Below, one piece after another: positions 17,092 to 26,117 of a stretch of DNA of 49,090 bases. The position numbers and the translations under genes were made by a program. Below the pieces are notes generated by a model. It did not search any database. It worked only from the letters and a program-made list of their open reading frames with translations, and had not been told where the DNA came from. The DNA comes from a bacterium (lineage in GTDB: Bacteria > Patescibacteriota > Minisyncoccia > Phycocordibacterales > UBA9973), in assembly GCA_037130335.1 (NCBI GenBank), contig JBAXTD010000002.1:1-49090 (forward strand), given 5' to 3'. Position 1 is the first letter of the stretch. The number at the start of each line of letters is the position of its first letter.

Positions 17092-18345
17092 ATGAGTAAG
17101 CATATCGATAATGAAGTGTTTGATGCAATTGAAGGTGAGGCAAAGAGACAAGCCGAAGGTTTGGAGCTTATTCCTTCAGAAAACTATGTTTCAAAAAACG
17201 TGCTTCTTGCAAATGGATCTATTTTTACAAATAAATATTCTGAAGGATATCCAGGACGTCGATATTATGGTGGACAAGAATTTACCGATGTTGTTGAGCG
17301 ATTAGCGATTGATAGAATTACTAAACTTTTTAATTGTAAATTTGCAAACGTGCAACCACACTCGGGCGCGCCGGCAAACCTCGCAGTGTATTCAGCGTTG
17401 CTTGAGTCAGGTGATACAGTTATGGGAATGGATTTAGCACATGGTGGACATCTCACACATGGACATCCAATGACATTGCCTGCAAAGATTTATAATTTTG
17501 TAACATACAAAATGAAAGATCCAGAAACAGGCGAGATTGATTATGAAGACATGCGTCGCGTGGCAATCGAAAAGAAACCAAAGATTATCATCGCAGGATT
17601 TTCTGCATACTCACGTACGCTTGATTACAAAAAATTTGTAGAAATTGCAAAGGAGGTTGGTGCAATCACAATGGCCGATATGGCACACATTGCGGGCCTT
17701 ATCGCAGGTGGCGCCCTTCGAAATCCATTTGATGATGGGTTTGATATTATTACTTCTACAACCCACAAGACTCTTCGTGGTCCACGCGGAGGAATAATTC
17801 TCACACGAGAAAGTGAAGAGATTGCAAAAAAGATTGATAAAGCAATTTTTCCTGGAATTCAAGGTGGTCCACATATGCATACAATTGCTGCTAAGGCTGT
17901 TGCATTTGGTGAAGCACTAACACCTGCATATAAGGAATACTCACAACAAGTGCTCAAAAATGCCAAAGCAATGGAGGCAGTTTTTCATCGAGAAAAAGTT
18001 CGCATGATTGGTGGTGGCACGGATAATCACTTGATTTTGGCTGATGTGTTTGGCTCGCTCGGTGTGACAGGCAAAGAAGCACAGACTGTTCTCGACGAAG
18101 TTGGAATTACACTCAATATGAACGCGATTGCAAACGATACTCGTAAACCACTTGATCCATCAGGAATTCGTTTTGGAACTCCGGCAATCACAACAAGAGG
18201 GTTCAAAGAACCTGAATGTGCACGCGTTGCCGAATTAATTATCGAAACACTTCGAAATAAAGACGACGCGCCTAAAAAGGAAACCATTAAAAATGAAATT
18301 AAAGATTTGGCAAACCAATTTCTAATTCCTGAAAGTTTTGTATAA
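17092..18345 (+). CDS. glyA: Serine hydroxymethyltransferase
   Basis: LELIPSEN, NKYSEGYPGRRYYGG, NVQPHSG, GGHLTHG, STTHKTLRGPRGG (PLP lysine), GTDNHL, SGIRFGTPAITTRG. Confidence 0.98.
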   Translation: MSKHIDNEVFDAIEGEAKRQAEGLELIPSENYVSKNVLLANGSIFTNKYSEGYPGRRYYGGQEFTDVVERLAIDRITKLFNCKFANVQPHSGAPANLAVYSALLESGDTVMGMDLAHGGHLTHGHPMTLPAKIYNFVTYKMKDPETGEIDYEDMRRVAIEKKPKIIIAGFSAYSRTLDYKKFVEIAKEVGAITMADMAHIAGLIAGGALRNPFDDGFDIITSTTHKTLRGPRGGIILTRESEEIAKKIDKAIFPGIQGGPHMHTIAAKAVAFGEALTPAYKEYSQQVLKNAKAMEAVFHREKVRMIGGGTDNHLILADVFGSLGVTGKEAQTVLDEVGITLNMNAIANDTRKPLDPSGIRFGTPAITTRGFKEPECARVAELIIETLRNKDDAPKKETIKNEIKDLANQFLIPESFV

Positions 18346-18350
18346 ATAAT

Positions 18351-19046
18351 ATGAAAAAACAAAAAGGAAAATTAATCGTGATTGATGGGACTGATGGATC
18401 GGGCAAGGCGACACAGGTTGCGCTCTTGGCCGAACGATTAAAAAAGGAGGGACGCACTGTTAAAACCGTAGACTTTCCTGAATATGAAAAAAACTTTTTT
18501 GGAAAATTTATTGGTGAGTGTCTCACTGAAGAAAAATATAATTTCAAAGGTACACATCCCAAAATCGTTTCCGCTCTTTTTGCAGCTGATCGTTGGGAAT
18601 CCAAAAAACAAATAAGTGAATGGCTCGCCAAAGGGTATGTCGTGATTGCAAACAGATATGTATCGGCGAATCAAATTCATCAAGGTGGCAAAGTACATTC
18701 GCAAAAGGAACGTCGAGAATTTCTCACATGGCTCGACACAATGGAGCATTCAGTATTTCAAATTCCACGCCCTGATGTTGTGTTTTATTTGAGTTTACCA
18801 ATTTCAATCGTAAACAAGCTTATTGAAAAACGTGATAGTCAACAATCTCGCGCATATAAAGGTAAAAAAAAGGACGTACACGAAAGTGATCCGAAGCATT
18901 TGGAAGACGCTCGCAAAAGCGCGCTCAAATTAATCAAAGAATTAAATAATTTTGTGCAGATAAATTGTGCACCCAAAAAAGAAATTCTTTCTCGCGAGGA
19001 GATTCATGGTATGGTGTACGCAGAAGTAAAAAAGATAATAAAATGA
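18351..19046 (+). CDS. tmk: Thymidylate kinase
   Basis: LIVIDGTDGSGKATQV P-loop, LFAADR, NRYVSAN, PRPDVVFYL. Confidence 0.9.
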   Translation: MKKQKGKLIVIDGTDGSGKATQVALLAERLKKEGRTVKTVDFPEYEKNFFGKFIGECLTEEKYNFKGTHPKIVSALFAADRWESKKQISEWLAKGYVVIANRYVSANQIHQGGKVHSQKERREFLTWLDTMEHSVFQIPRPDVVFYLSLPISIVNKLIEKRDSQQSRAYKGKKKDVHESDPKHLEDARKSALKLIKELNNFVQINCAPKKEILSREEIHGMVYAEVKKIIK

Positions 19047-19621
19047 TCGAAGTAGAAATCAAAGGCCCTGTTGCAAAAAGAGAATACGAAAAAATGAAAA
19101 ACACGCTTATGGAAACCGGAGAAAATATTCTCTGTGAAAAGCGTGCGACTATCGTGTTTGTGGGGGAGCATTCACATTCATTTACGGATATCACAATTAC
19201 AAGTGGTGTGGATTCAAAAATAATTCTGAGAGATCACAAAGCCAAAACCGAAACTGTACTCGCACTTGCATCAAATCAATTTAGTGAATCAGTTGAGTTT
19301 TGTGCAAAGCTCGGATATGTCAAAGGTGTCGTGTCTGTGCGAGAATATTTGTGTGCGAATTATGGCGGAGCATACTTCTCGCTTGTTGTCCCACTCGAAA
19401 GTGATTCTTTTTATTACGAAGCTGTGATTGTCGTAAATGATCCTGTCTCGGCCAAAGAAGCAATGAAAAAATTAGAAGCCCTCGCGCGTAAATTCAAATT
19501 GCCGATTTGGGGCAAAATGGAAATGATGGCTTTTTTTGAAAAACTAAACAAGCAGTCAAATTACATGTATGATTACCACATAGATGGTGCGAATCATTTC
19601 AAAGATAAATTTGGAATTTAA
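19043..19621 (+). CDS. Divergent CYTH/TTM-like protein
   Basis: N-terminal EVEIK (ExExK) and a central KLGY. The start overlaps the tmk stop (ATGA). Other CYTH basic residues are not recognisable. Confidence 0.55.
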   Translation: MIEVEIKGPVAKREYEKMKNTLMETGENILCEKRATIVFVGEHSHSFTDITITSGVDSKIILRDHKAKTETVLALASNQFSESVEFCAKLGYVKGVVSVREYLCANYGGAYFSLVVPLESDSFYYEAVIVVNDPVSAKEAMKKLEALARKFKLPIWGKMEMMAFFEKLNKQSNYMYDYHIDGANHFKDKFGI

Positions 19622-19624
19622 ATT

Positions 19625-20047
19625 ATGAAACTCAAAGTCAAAAAATTAAAAGACGGCGCGCAATTACCCAAATATGCCAAAGAAGGCGATGTGGGGCTTG
19701 ATATGTATGCGATGGAACAGGTGACAATCAAACCCGGCGAGCACTATCGTCTTTGGCACGGATTAGCGCTTGAATTTCCAACTGGTTATGCGGCAATCGT
19801 CAAAGACAAATCAAGTATTTCCAAAGCAGGACTTCATACAATGGGTGGTGTGTTTGATGCGGGATATCGCGGCGAATACAACACACACCTCGTAAACCTC
19901 AGTACTGAACCGTATACAATTGAAGTCGGGGATAAAGTCTCACAAATCGTGATTTTGCCAGTCGCTATTGCAGAAATCGAGGAAACTGATACTCTGAGTG
20001 AGTCAGAGCGTGGCACGGGCGGATTTGGTTCAACAGGAAAGAAATAA
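19625..20047 (+). CDS. dut: dUTP diphosphatase
   Basis: GLDMYA, KSSIS, GVFDAGYRGE, GDKVSQIV, RGTGGFGSTG. Confidence 0.96.
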   Translation: MKLKVKKLKDGAQLPKYAKEGDVGLDMYAMEQVTIKPGEHYRLWHGLALEFPTGYAAIVKDKSSISKAGLHTMGGVFDAGYRGEYNTHLVNLSTEPYTIEVGDKVSQIVILPVAIAEIEETDTLSESERGTGGFGSTGKK

Positions 20048-21765
20048 TGAATATCAAAAACGAATTAGAAAAAATAATTAAACAAGCACTCCAAAATCTC
20101 GGCATTGAAACCGAGACTGTTTCACTTGAACATCCGGCAGAATTAACTCACGGAGATTATTCGACAAACGTCGCGCTCGCATGTGCCAAAGGCGCAAAAC
20201 AAAATCCAAAAGAATTGGCTCAAAAAATCGTTGACGAGCTTTTGAAAAACAAACCAAATGAAATTGAAAAAATTGAATTGGCTGGTCCGGGATTCATCAA
20301 TTTTTATTTATCCAAAGAATTTTTTGTACAGTCAGTAAAAGAAATTCATGAGGCGCAAAAATGGGGAAGTAATGAATCTTCATCTGGTAAAAAGGTGATG
20401 GTGGAGTACACTGATCCGAATCCTTTCAAGCCGTTTCATATTGGTCACTTGATGACAAACGCAATTGGTGAATCAATCGCGAGAATTTTTGAATATTCGG
20501 GTGCGGAAGTTATTCGTGCGAATTACCAAGGTGATGTGGGACTTCATGTTGCGAAAGCGATTTGGGCTTTACTCAAAAAAGGTAAAGGAGATACAGATCT
20601 TTCAATTGAGGCACAAGCACAATATATCGGTATGTGTTATACCGAGGCATCTACCGCATACGATTCAGACGAAAATGCGAAAGCAGAAATCGATGCAATA
20701 AACAAAAAAGTATATGAACGAAGCGATGAAAGTATAAATGAGATATACGACTGGGGTCGCAAGATTACGCTTGAGGCTTTTGAAACAATTTATAAAACAC
20801 TTGGTACGAAATTTAGTCCGAATTGTTATTTTTTTGAAAGCATCATGGCGCCGATTGGAAAAAAGGTTGTCCAAGAAAATACAGGAAAAGTTTTTGAAGA
20901 ATCAGATGGAGCAGTTGTGTTTAAGGCTGAAAATTATAATCCCAAATTACATACTCGTGTGTTTATTACAAAACAAGGACTTCCAACATACGAAGCAAAA
21001 GAGATTGGTCTCACTATTACAAAATTTACCCAAGAAAATCCCGATACATCAATTGTGGTAACTGCAATTGAGCAAGGTCCATACATGGAAGTTGTTCAAA
21101 AGGCGTTGTCGCTGATCCATCCTGAATATGAATCTCGTATGAAGCATGTGACACACGGTATGATGCGGTTCGCATCGGGTAAAATGAGTTCCCGAAAAGG
21201 AAATGTAATTACTGGTGAATCACTTCTTAATGATTCGTATGAACTTGTACATGAAAAAATTGCAGAGCGAGAATTAAGTGATGATCAAAAAAATATCATC
21301 GCGCATCAAGTTGGTGTGGCAGCAATTAAATACACAATTCTCAAACAGGCGCTCGGCGGGAATATTATTTACGATGAAGAAAAATCCGTTTCATTCGAAG
21401 GTGATTCTGGTCCGTATTTGCAATACACTGCAGTACGTTCGCATTCGATTCTAGAGAAGGCTCATAAAGAGGGAATGCAATCACAGCTTGCGTTGCCAGA
21501 AAATTGGGAAACTACAATGCTCGAAAAATATTTATATCGATTTCCAGAAGTCGTACTTTTGTCATACCAAAAACTCGAACCACATGGCATCGCCACATAT
21601 TTGAGTGAACTTTCATCAACATTTAATTCGTTTTATGCACAGCAACAAATTATCGATAAAAATGATATTGCTTCGCCATATCGAATTGCACTCGTAGAAG
21701 CATTTCTCAAAACAATGCACAATGGTTTATACCTTCTTGGAATTTCTGTTCCAGAAAGAATGTAA
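20047..21765 (+). CDS. argS: Arginine--tRNA ligase
   Basis: GDYSTNVAL, AGPGFINF, VEYTDPNPFKPFHIGHL, KMSSRKG, FEGDSGPYLQY, DALR-like C terminus. Confidence 0.97.
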   Translation: MNIKNELEKIIKQALQNLGIETETVSLEHPAELTHGDYSTNVALACAKGAKQNPKELAQKIVDELLKNKPNEIEKIELAGPGFINFYLSKEFFVQSVKEIHEAQKWGSNESSSGKKVMVEYTDPNPFKPFHIGHLMTNAIGESIARIFEYSGAEVIRANYQGDVGLHVAKAIWALLKKGKGDTDLSIEAQAQYIGMCYTEASTAYDSDENAKAEIDAINKKVYERSDESINEIYDWGRKITLEAFETIYKTLGTKFSPNCYFFESIMAPIGKKVVQENTGKVFEESDGAVVFKAENYNPKLHTRVFITKQGLPTYEAKEIGLTITKFTQENPDTSIVVTAIEQGPYMEVVQKALSLIHPEYESRMKHVTHGMMRFASGKMSSRKGNVITGESLLNDSYELVHEKIAERELSDDQKNIIAHQVGVAAIKYTILKQALGGNIIYDEEKSVSFEGDSGPYLQYTAVRSHSILEKAHKEGMQSQLALPENWETTMLEKYLYRFPEVVLLSYQKLEPHGIATYLSELSSTFNSFYAQQQIIDKNDIASPYRIALVEAFLKTMHNGLYLLGISVPERM

Positions 21766-21807
21766 TATTCTTTACAAATGGGTTTTATTTGGTAATATGA
21801 ATTTGTA

Positions 21808-21976
21808 GCGTTGATGGGGTAATCACCTCGGAGCTCGGGAAAGAACATGAGCAAAGCTTGTAAGTAGAATCCCAAATAAATAAGCCCAAAGGAATACCGG
21901 AGGGGAATGAAGGTGGTACCACGGGAATCCCGTCCTTAAATAATAATGTAATTATTATTTAAGGACGGGATTTTTT
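21808..21976 (+). ncRNA. Ile T-box riboswitch (ultrashort Stem I) with transcription terminator
   Basis: Stem I TGGGG-TAATCA-CCTCG with specifier ATC at 21822-24. Stem II carries GAA/AGTA S-turn elements. Antiterminator AAGG-TGGTACC-ACGGG-AAT-CCCGT-CCTT (21910-37). A 22-bp terminator spans 21926-21972, followed by T's. Promoter TTTACA-16-TAATAT at 21771-21798. Confidence 0.9.
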
Positions 21977-22005
21977 AATTTATTAATTCTAATTTTATAA
22001 ACAAT

Positions 22006-25000
22006 ATGTCAGAAGAAAACAAAAAATCAGCAAGTGCGATGCGTGAAGAAAAAATTCTCGAATTTTGGAAAGAGAATGATACGTTTGCACAAACACTCGC
22101 CAAAAACGAAGGCAAGGATCCTTTTGTTTTTTATGAAGGTCCACCAACCGCGAACGGCAAACCTGGTATTCACCATCTCGAAGCTCGAGCTTTTAAAGAT
22201 GCAATTCCTCGGTACAAAACGATGCAGGGATTTAATGTGCGTCGCAAGGGCGGATGGGATACGCATGGATTGCCTGTGGAATTGCAGGTAGAAAAAGCGC
22301 TCGGACTTAATTCCAAAAAAGCGATTGAAGAATATGGTATCGCAAAATTTAATGACAAATGTAAAGAATCTGTCTGGCAGTTTCTCGACATCTGGGAAAA
22401 GTTTACCGACCGCATCGGATATTGGGTTGATCAAAAAAATCCGTATGTCACATATCACAATGATTACATCGAATCCGTATGGAATGTCGTTAAAGAAGTA
22501 AACAAAAAAGATTTACTCTACAAAGATTACAAAATCGTACCATGGTGTCCACGTTGTGGAACTGCGCTTTCGTCGCACGAGCTTGCACAAGGATATCAAG
22601 ATGATAAAGATTTGTCAGTAACGGCAAAATTTAAAGTGGTGGGTCAAGTTGATACATTTATACTGGCTTGGACGACAACTCCTTGGACATTGCCTGGAAA
22701 TGTCGCGTTAGCCGTTGGAAAAGAAATTGAATATGCTCTTGTTCAAACTGATGCTGGTAAATTGTGGCTCGCAAAAGCTTTGGTCGAAAAGGTTGCTGCG
22801 GGAAGTCAGATTTTGGAAACAAAAAAAGGTTTAGACCTTATCGGTCTCGAATATGAACCACTCTATCCATATCTCAAAGACAATATCGCTGATGACCAAA
22901 AAGCAAAATTAGAAAAAGCATTCAAGGTGTATGCTGCGGATTTTGTGACGACGGAGGATGGTACGGGTGTGGTGCATACAGCTGTGATGTATGGAGCAGA
23001 TGACTTTGAACTCGGTACGAAACTTGGATTACCGAAACAGCACATGGTGAATCTCGATGGTACATTTGTGTCATACGCAGACTTTCTCGCGGGACGATTT
23101 GTAAAAGATGAAGATGTCGCAGTGGACATCATCAAAGACCTCGCGCATCGAGGACTACTTTTCAAAAAAGAAAAATACGAACACTCATATCCGCACTGTT
23201 GGCGTTGCAAAACTCCACTCATATATTACGCGCGTGATTCGTGGTACATCAATGTTTCAAAACCTGAAATCAAAGATGTGATGATTGCCGAAAACAAAAA
23301 AATAAATTGGGAACCAAATTACATTCGTGACGGACGTTTTGGCGAATGGCTCAAAGATATCAAAGATTGGGCGATTTCTCGTGAGCGATACTGGGGAACA
23401 CCGCTTCCAATTTGGATGACGGGGGATGGCACAATTGAAGTCATCGGTGGTGTCGATGAATTGAAATCAAAAACCAAAAAATCTGGAAATAAATATTTCG
23501 CAATGCGACATGGATATGGCCAGCATATGGAACACGGCGGTGTGGTAAGTTCACTCGATCATGATTCGTATCATTTGACCGACGAGGGCAGATCAGAAGT
23601 TGCCAAATCCGCACACATGCTTCATGAGAAAAAAATTACAAAGATTTTTTGTTCACCACTTATTCGTACGCGCGAAACTGCGCGTATCACTGCCGAGCAT
23701 TTGGGAATCAACCCAGATTTAATTGTGGTCGACAACAGACTTCGCGAATATGATTTCGGAGAATTTGATGGTAAGCCGTTCAAAGAATTTGTTGATTATC
23801 GAGAAACACATGCACATACATACGACGCCAAGCTTGGTGGTTCGTCACTTCTCGAAACCAAAAATCGTTTTGCAGAATTTCTATATGATATTGAATCTAA
23901 GTATCAAAATGAAACAATTTTGATTGTGACGCATGGAATATTTTTTGAAACAGTTCCTGCTGCTCTCGAAGGTGCAGACAAAGCCCGTTCGCTTGAAATT
24001 TTGTTTGATTATTTCAAAAATAATCGTATTCAACCAGCAGAATTTCGAGAAATTAATTTTGTTCCGATTCCACACAACGAAAATTATGAACTTGATTTAC
24101 ATAAACCATATATTGATAATGTGACACTGCTCGCGTCTGATGGTTCTGAGATGACTCGCGTCAAAGAGGTGATGGATGTCTGGTTTGATTCGGGTGCGAT
24201 GCCGTTTGCTCAAGACAATTATCCGTTTGCCACAAAAGAAGTCGCATATCCCGCAGATTATATTTGTGAGGCAATTGACCAAACACGCGGATGGTTTTAT
24301 ACACTTCATGCTGTGGGCGTTTTGATGGGCAAAGGATTGGCGTACAAAAACGTAATTTGTCTCGGACACATTCTCGACGAAAAAGGAAAGAAGATGTCGA
24401 AGTCTCTCGGAAACATTGTCGATCCATGGACCATGATTGAAAAATACGGGGTTGATACATTACGTCTCTGGATGTATTCGGTCAATCAACCCGGTGAATC
24501 CAAAAACTTTGATGAAAAGACGGTGGCTGAATTGCACAACAAAGTATTTAATTTACTCTACAACGTGCTCGCGTTTTATGAATTATATCGCGACACTGAA
24601 CTTGAAAATTCGCACTATTCAAATTCAAACAACGTGCTTGATCAATGGATTGTGGCACGACTTAATCAATTGATTGAATTATCGACAACTAATTTAGATA
24701 ATTTCAAATTGCTCGAACCTGTGCGTGCGATGCGAGAATTTGTCGATGATTTGTCGACCTGGTACGTGCGTCGTTCGCGTGACCGAATAAAAGATGGAGA
24801 TAAGGAAGCAAAGCAAACACTGTATTTTGTGTTGAAAAATTTCGCGAAACTCCTCGCGCCATTTGCACCATTTGCCGCAGAAGATATCTGGCAGAAATTA
24901 AAAAATAATTCAGACATACAAAGTGTGCATCTTTGCGATTGGCCAAAAAATAATGAGGTTGATATTTCTGTTTTAGAGAAAATGCAATCAACTCGCATGG

Positions 25001-25416
25001 TTGTTACTCTTGGAATGGAAGCACGGCAAAAAGAAAAATTTCCTGTACGTCAGCCTTTGCAAAAAATTACAATTACAAATATTGAGTTACCAATTGACTA
25101 TGTTGAATTGATACTTAAAGATGAATTAAATATTAAGGATGTTAACTTTGTAATCAAAGAAGGTGAAGAGCAAAAAGTTGAACTCGACACAAACATCACT
25201 CCAGAACTCAAAAAAGAAGGTGAGTATCGCGAGCTTGTGCGTGCGATTCAGGATTTGCGCAAAAAAGAAGGACTTACACCAAGTGACGTAATCGTGCTTA
25301 CGCTCCCAGAAAATTCAAAAGAAATAGTTTCAGGTTTTGAAGATGAGTTAAAAAAGACAGTGCTCGCAAAAGAAATTACTATTTCTGGAGACGAAATTCA
25401 AATTGCAAAAATATAA
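22006..25416 (+). CDS. ileS: Isoleucine--tRNA ligase, type 2, with an in-frame histidine-phosphatase domain
   Basis: FYEGPPTANGKPGIHH, GWDTHGLPVE, WTTTPWTLPGN, GTGVVH, WAISRERYWG, WFDSG, DQTRGWF, KMSKS, type-2 C terminus. RHG...THG phosphatase insert at about 23488-24070. Confidence 0.97.
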   Translation: MSEENKKSASAMREEKILEFWKENDTFAQTLAKNEGKDPFVFYEGPPTANGKPGIHHLEARAFKDAIPRYKTMQGFNVRRKGGWDTHGLPVELQVEKALGLNSKKAIEEYGIAKFNDKCKESVWQFLDIWEKFTDRIGYWVDQKNPYVTYHNDYIESVWNVVKEVNKKDLLYKDYKIVPWCPRCGTALSSHELAQGYQDDKDLSVTAKFKVVGQVDTFILAWTTTPWTLPGNVALAVGKEIEYALVQTDAGKLWLAKALVEKVAAGSQILETKKGLDLIGLEYEPLYPYLKDNIADDQKAKLEKAFKVYAADFVTTEDGTGVVHTAVMYGADDFELGTKLGLPKQHMVNLDGTFVSYADFLAGRFVKDEDVAVDIIKDLAHRGLLFKKEKYEHSYPHCWRCKTPLIYYARDSWYINVSKPEIKDVMIAENKKINWEPNYIRDGRFGEWLKDIKDWAISRERYWGTPLPIWMTGDGTIEVIGGVDELKSKTKKSGNKYFAMRHGYGQHMEHGGVVSSLDHDSYHLTDEGRSEVAKSAHMLHEKKITKIFCSPLIRTRETARITAEHLGINPDLIVVDNRLREYDFGEFDGKPFKEFVDYRETHAHTYDAKLGGSSLLETKNRFAEFLYDIESKYQNETILIVTHGIFFETVPAALEGADKARSLEILFDYFKNNRIQPAEFREINFVPIPHNENYELDLHKPYIDNVTLLASDGSEMTRVKEVMDVWFDSGAMPFAQDNYPFATKEVAYPADYICEAIDQTRGWFYTLHAVGVLMGKGLAYKNVICLGHILDEKGKKMSKSLGNIVDPWTMIEKYGVDTLRLWMYSVNQPGESKNFDEKTVAELHNKVFNLLYNVLAFYELYRDTELENSHYSNSNNVLDQWIVARLNQLIELSTTNLDNFKLLEPVRAMREFVDDLSTWYVRRSRDRIKDGDKEAKQTLYFVLKNFAKLLAPFAPFAAEDIWQKLKNNSDIQSVHLCDWPKNNEVDISVLEKMQSTRMVVTLGMEARQKEKFPVRQPLQKITITNIELPIDYVELILKDELNIKDVNFVIKEGEEQKVELDTNITPELKKEGEYRELVRAIQDLRKKEGLTPSDVIVLTLPENSKEIVSGFEDELKKTVLAKEITISGDEIQIAKI

Positions 25417-25506
25417 GCACTAAAGGAATGCGTTTTGTGCAACGTGAGCATAATCTAATAAAATTAAAGCTTTCAAAAAAACGTTTAGTGCGATAAAATT
25501 ATGTGT

Positions 25507-26103
25507 ATGGAAGATTCGATTGAAGCACGCAAAAAATTTGGAGAAGAAATAAAACAAGAATATTGTGAGGATATCGACGAAGCACTCAAAAACTTACTTG
25601 CAACAATTGAGGGATTTCGACGTGATGTCGATTTGGCCAAAAAATCTGATTCGCCGATCAAAGTTCATCTCGAAACTCGTCGTATTTTTATTCCACCTGC
25701 GAAATCAGGTACAGGATTTTTTGCAGCGCTTTCGGATACGCTTGTGCGAACAATCAAAGCATTTGATGGTTCGATTGAATTAGGTTCGCAATGGCAAAAA
25801 AACGATGATGCTCGTGCAAAGGCATGGAATGAACTATATGTGATTCATGAAAATTTGGTTTTTGTGGGAGCTGCGGGACGTATTTTGTATGACATGCTCA
25901 CTGGGGCTTCAAGGAATTTTTATGAATTTAATGGCAACAATGACGAAGTTCACGCTCCTGCAAACATTGTTTTTGAAGAAGGTATGCTTGATGTGTGTAT
26001 TGTAACGACTCGTTCAATAATCGAACACGCAGTGCGTCTCGATATTGATATTATGGAATATATTGAAAAACTTCGAACCGACGATAAGAATGCGTTTATT
26101 TAG
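25507..26103 (+). CDS. Hypothetical protein
   Basis: ~198-aa ORF with normal composition between ileS and recO; no motif recognised. Start set at the second ATG, 7 nt after TAAAAT. Confidence 0.7.
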   Translation: MEDSIEARKKFGEEIKQEYCEDIDEALKNLLATIEGFRRDVDLAKKSDSPIKVHLETRRIFIPPAKSGTGFFAALSDTLVRTIKAFDGSIELGSQWQKNDDARAKAWNELYVIHENLVFVGAAGRILYDMLTGASRNFYEFNGNNDEVHAPANIVFEEGMLDVCIVTTRSIIEHAVRLDIDIMEYIEKLRTDDKNAFI

Positions 26104-26117
26104 TTTCAGATAATTTT

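Noticed and set aside
25417-25491. Structured RNA after ileS (GCACTAAA/TTTAGTGC)
   Set aside because: Only an 8-bp end pairing with weak AT-rich interior helices, which is plausible by chance.
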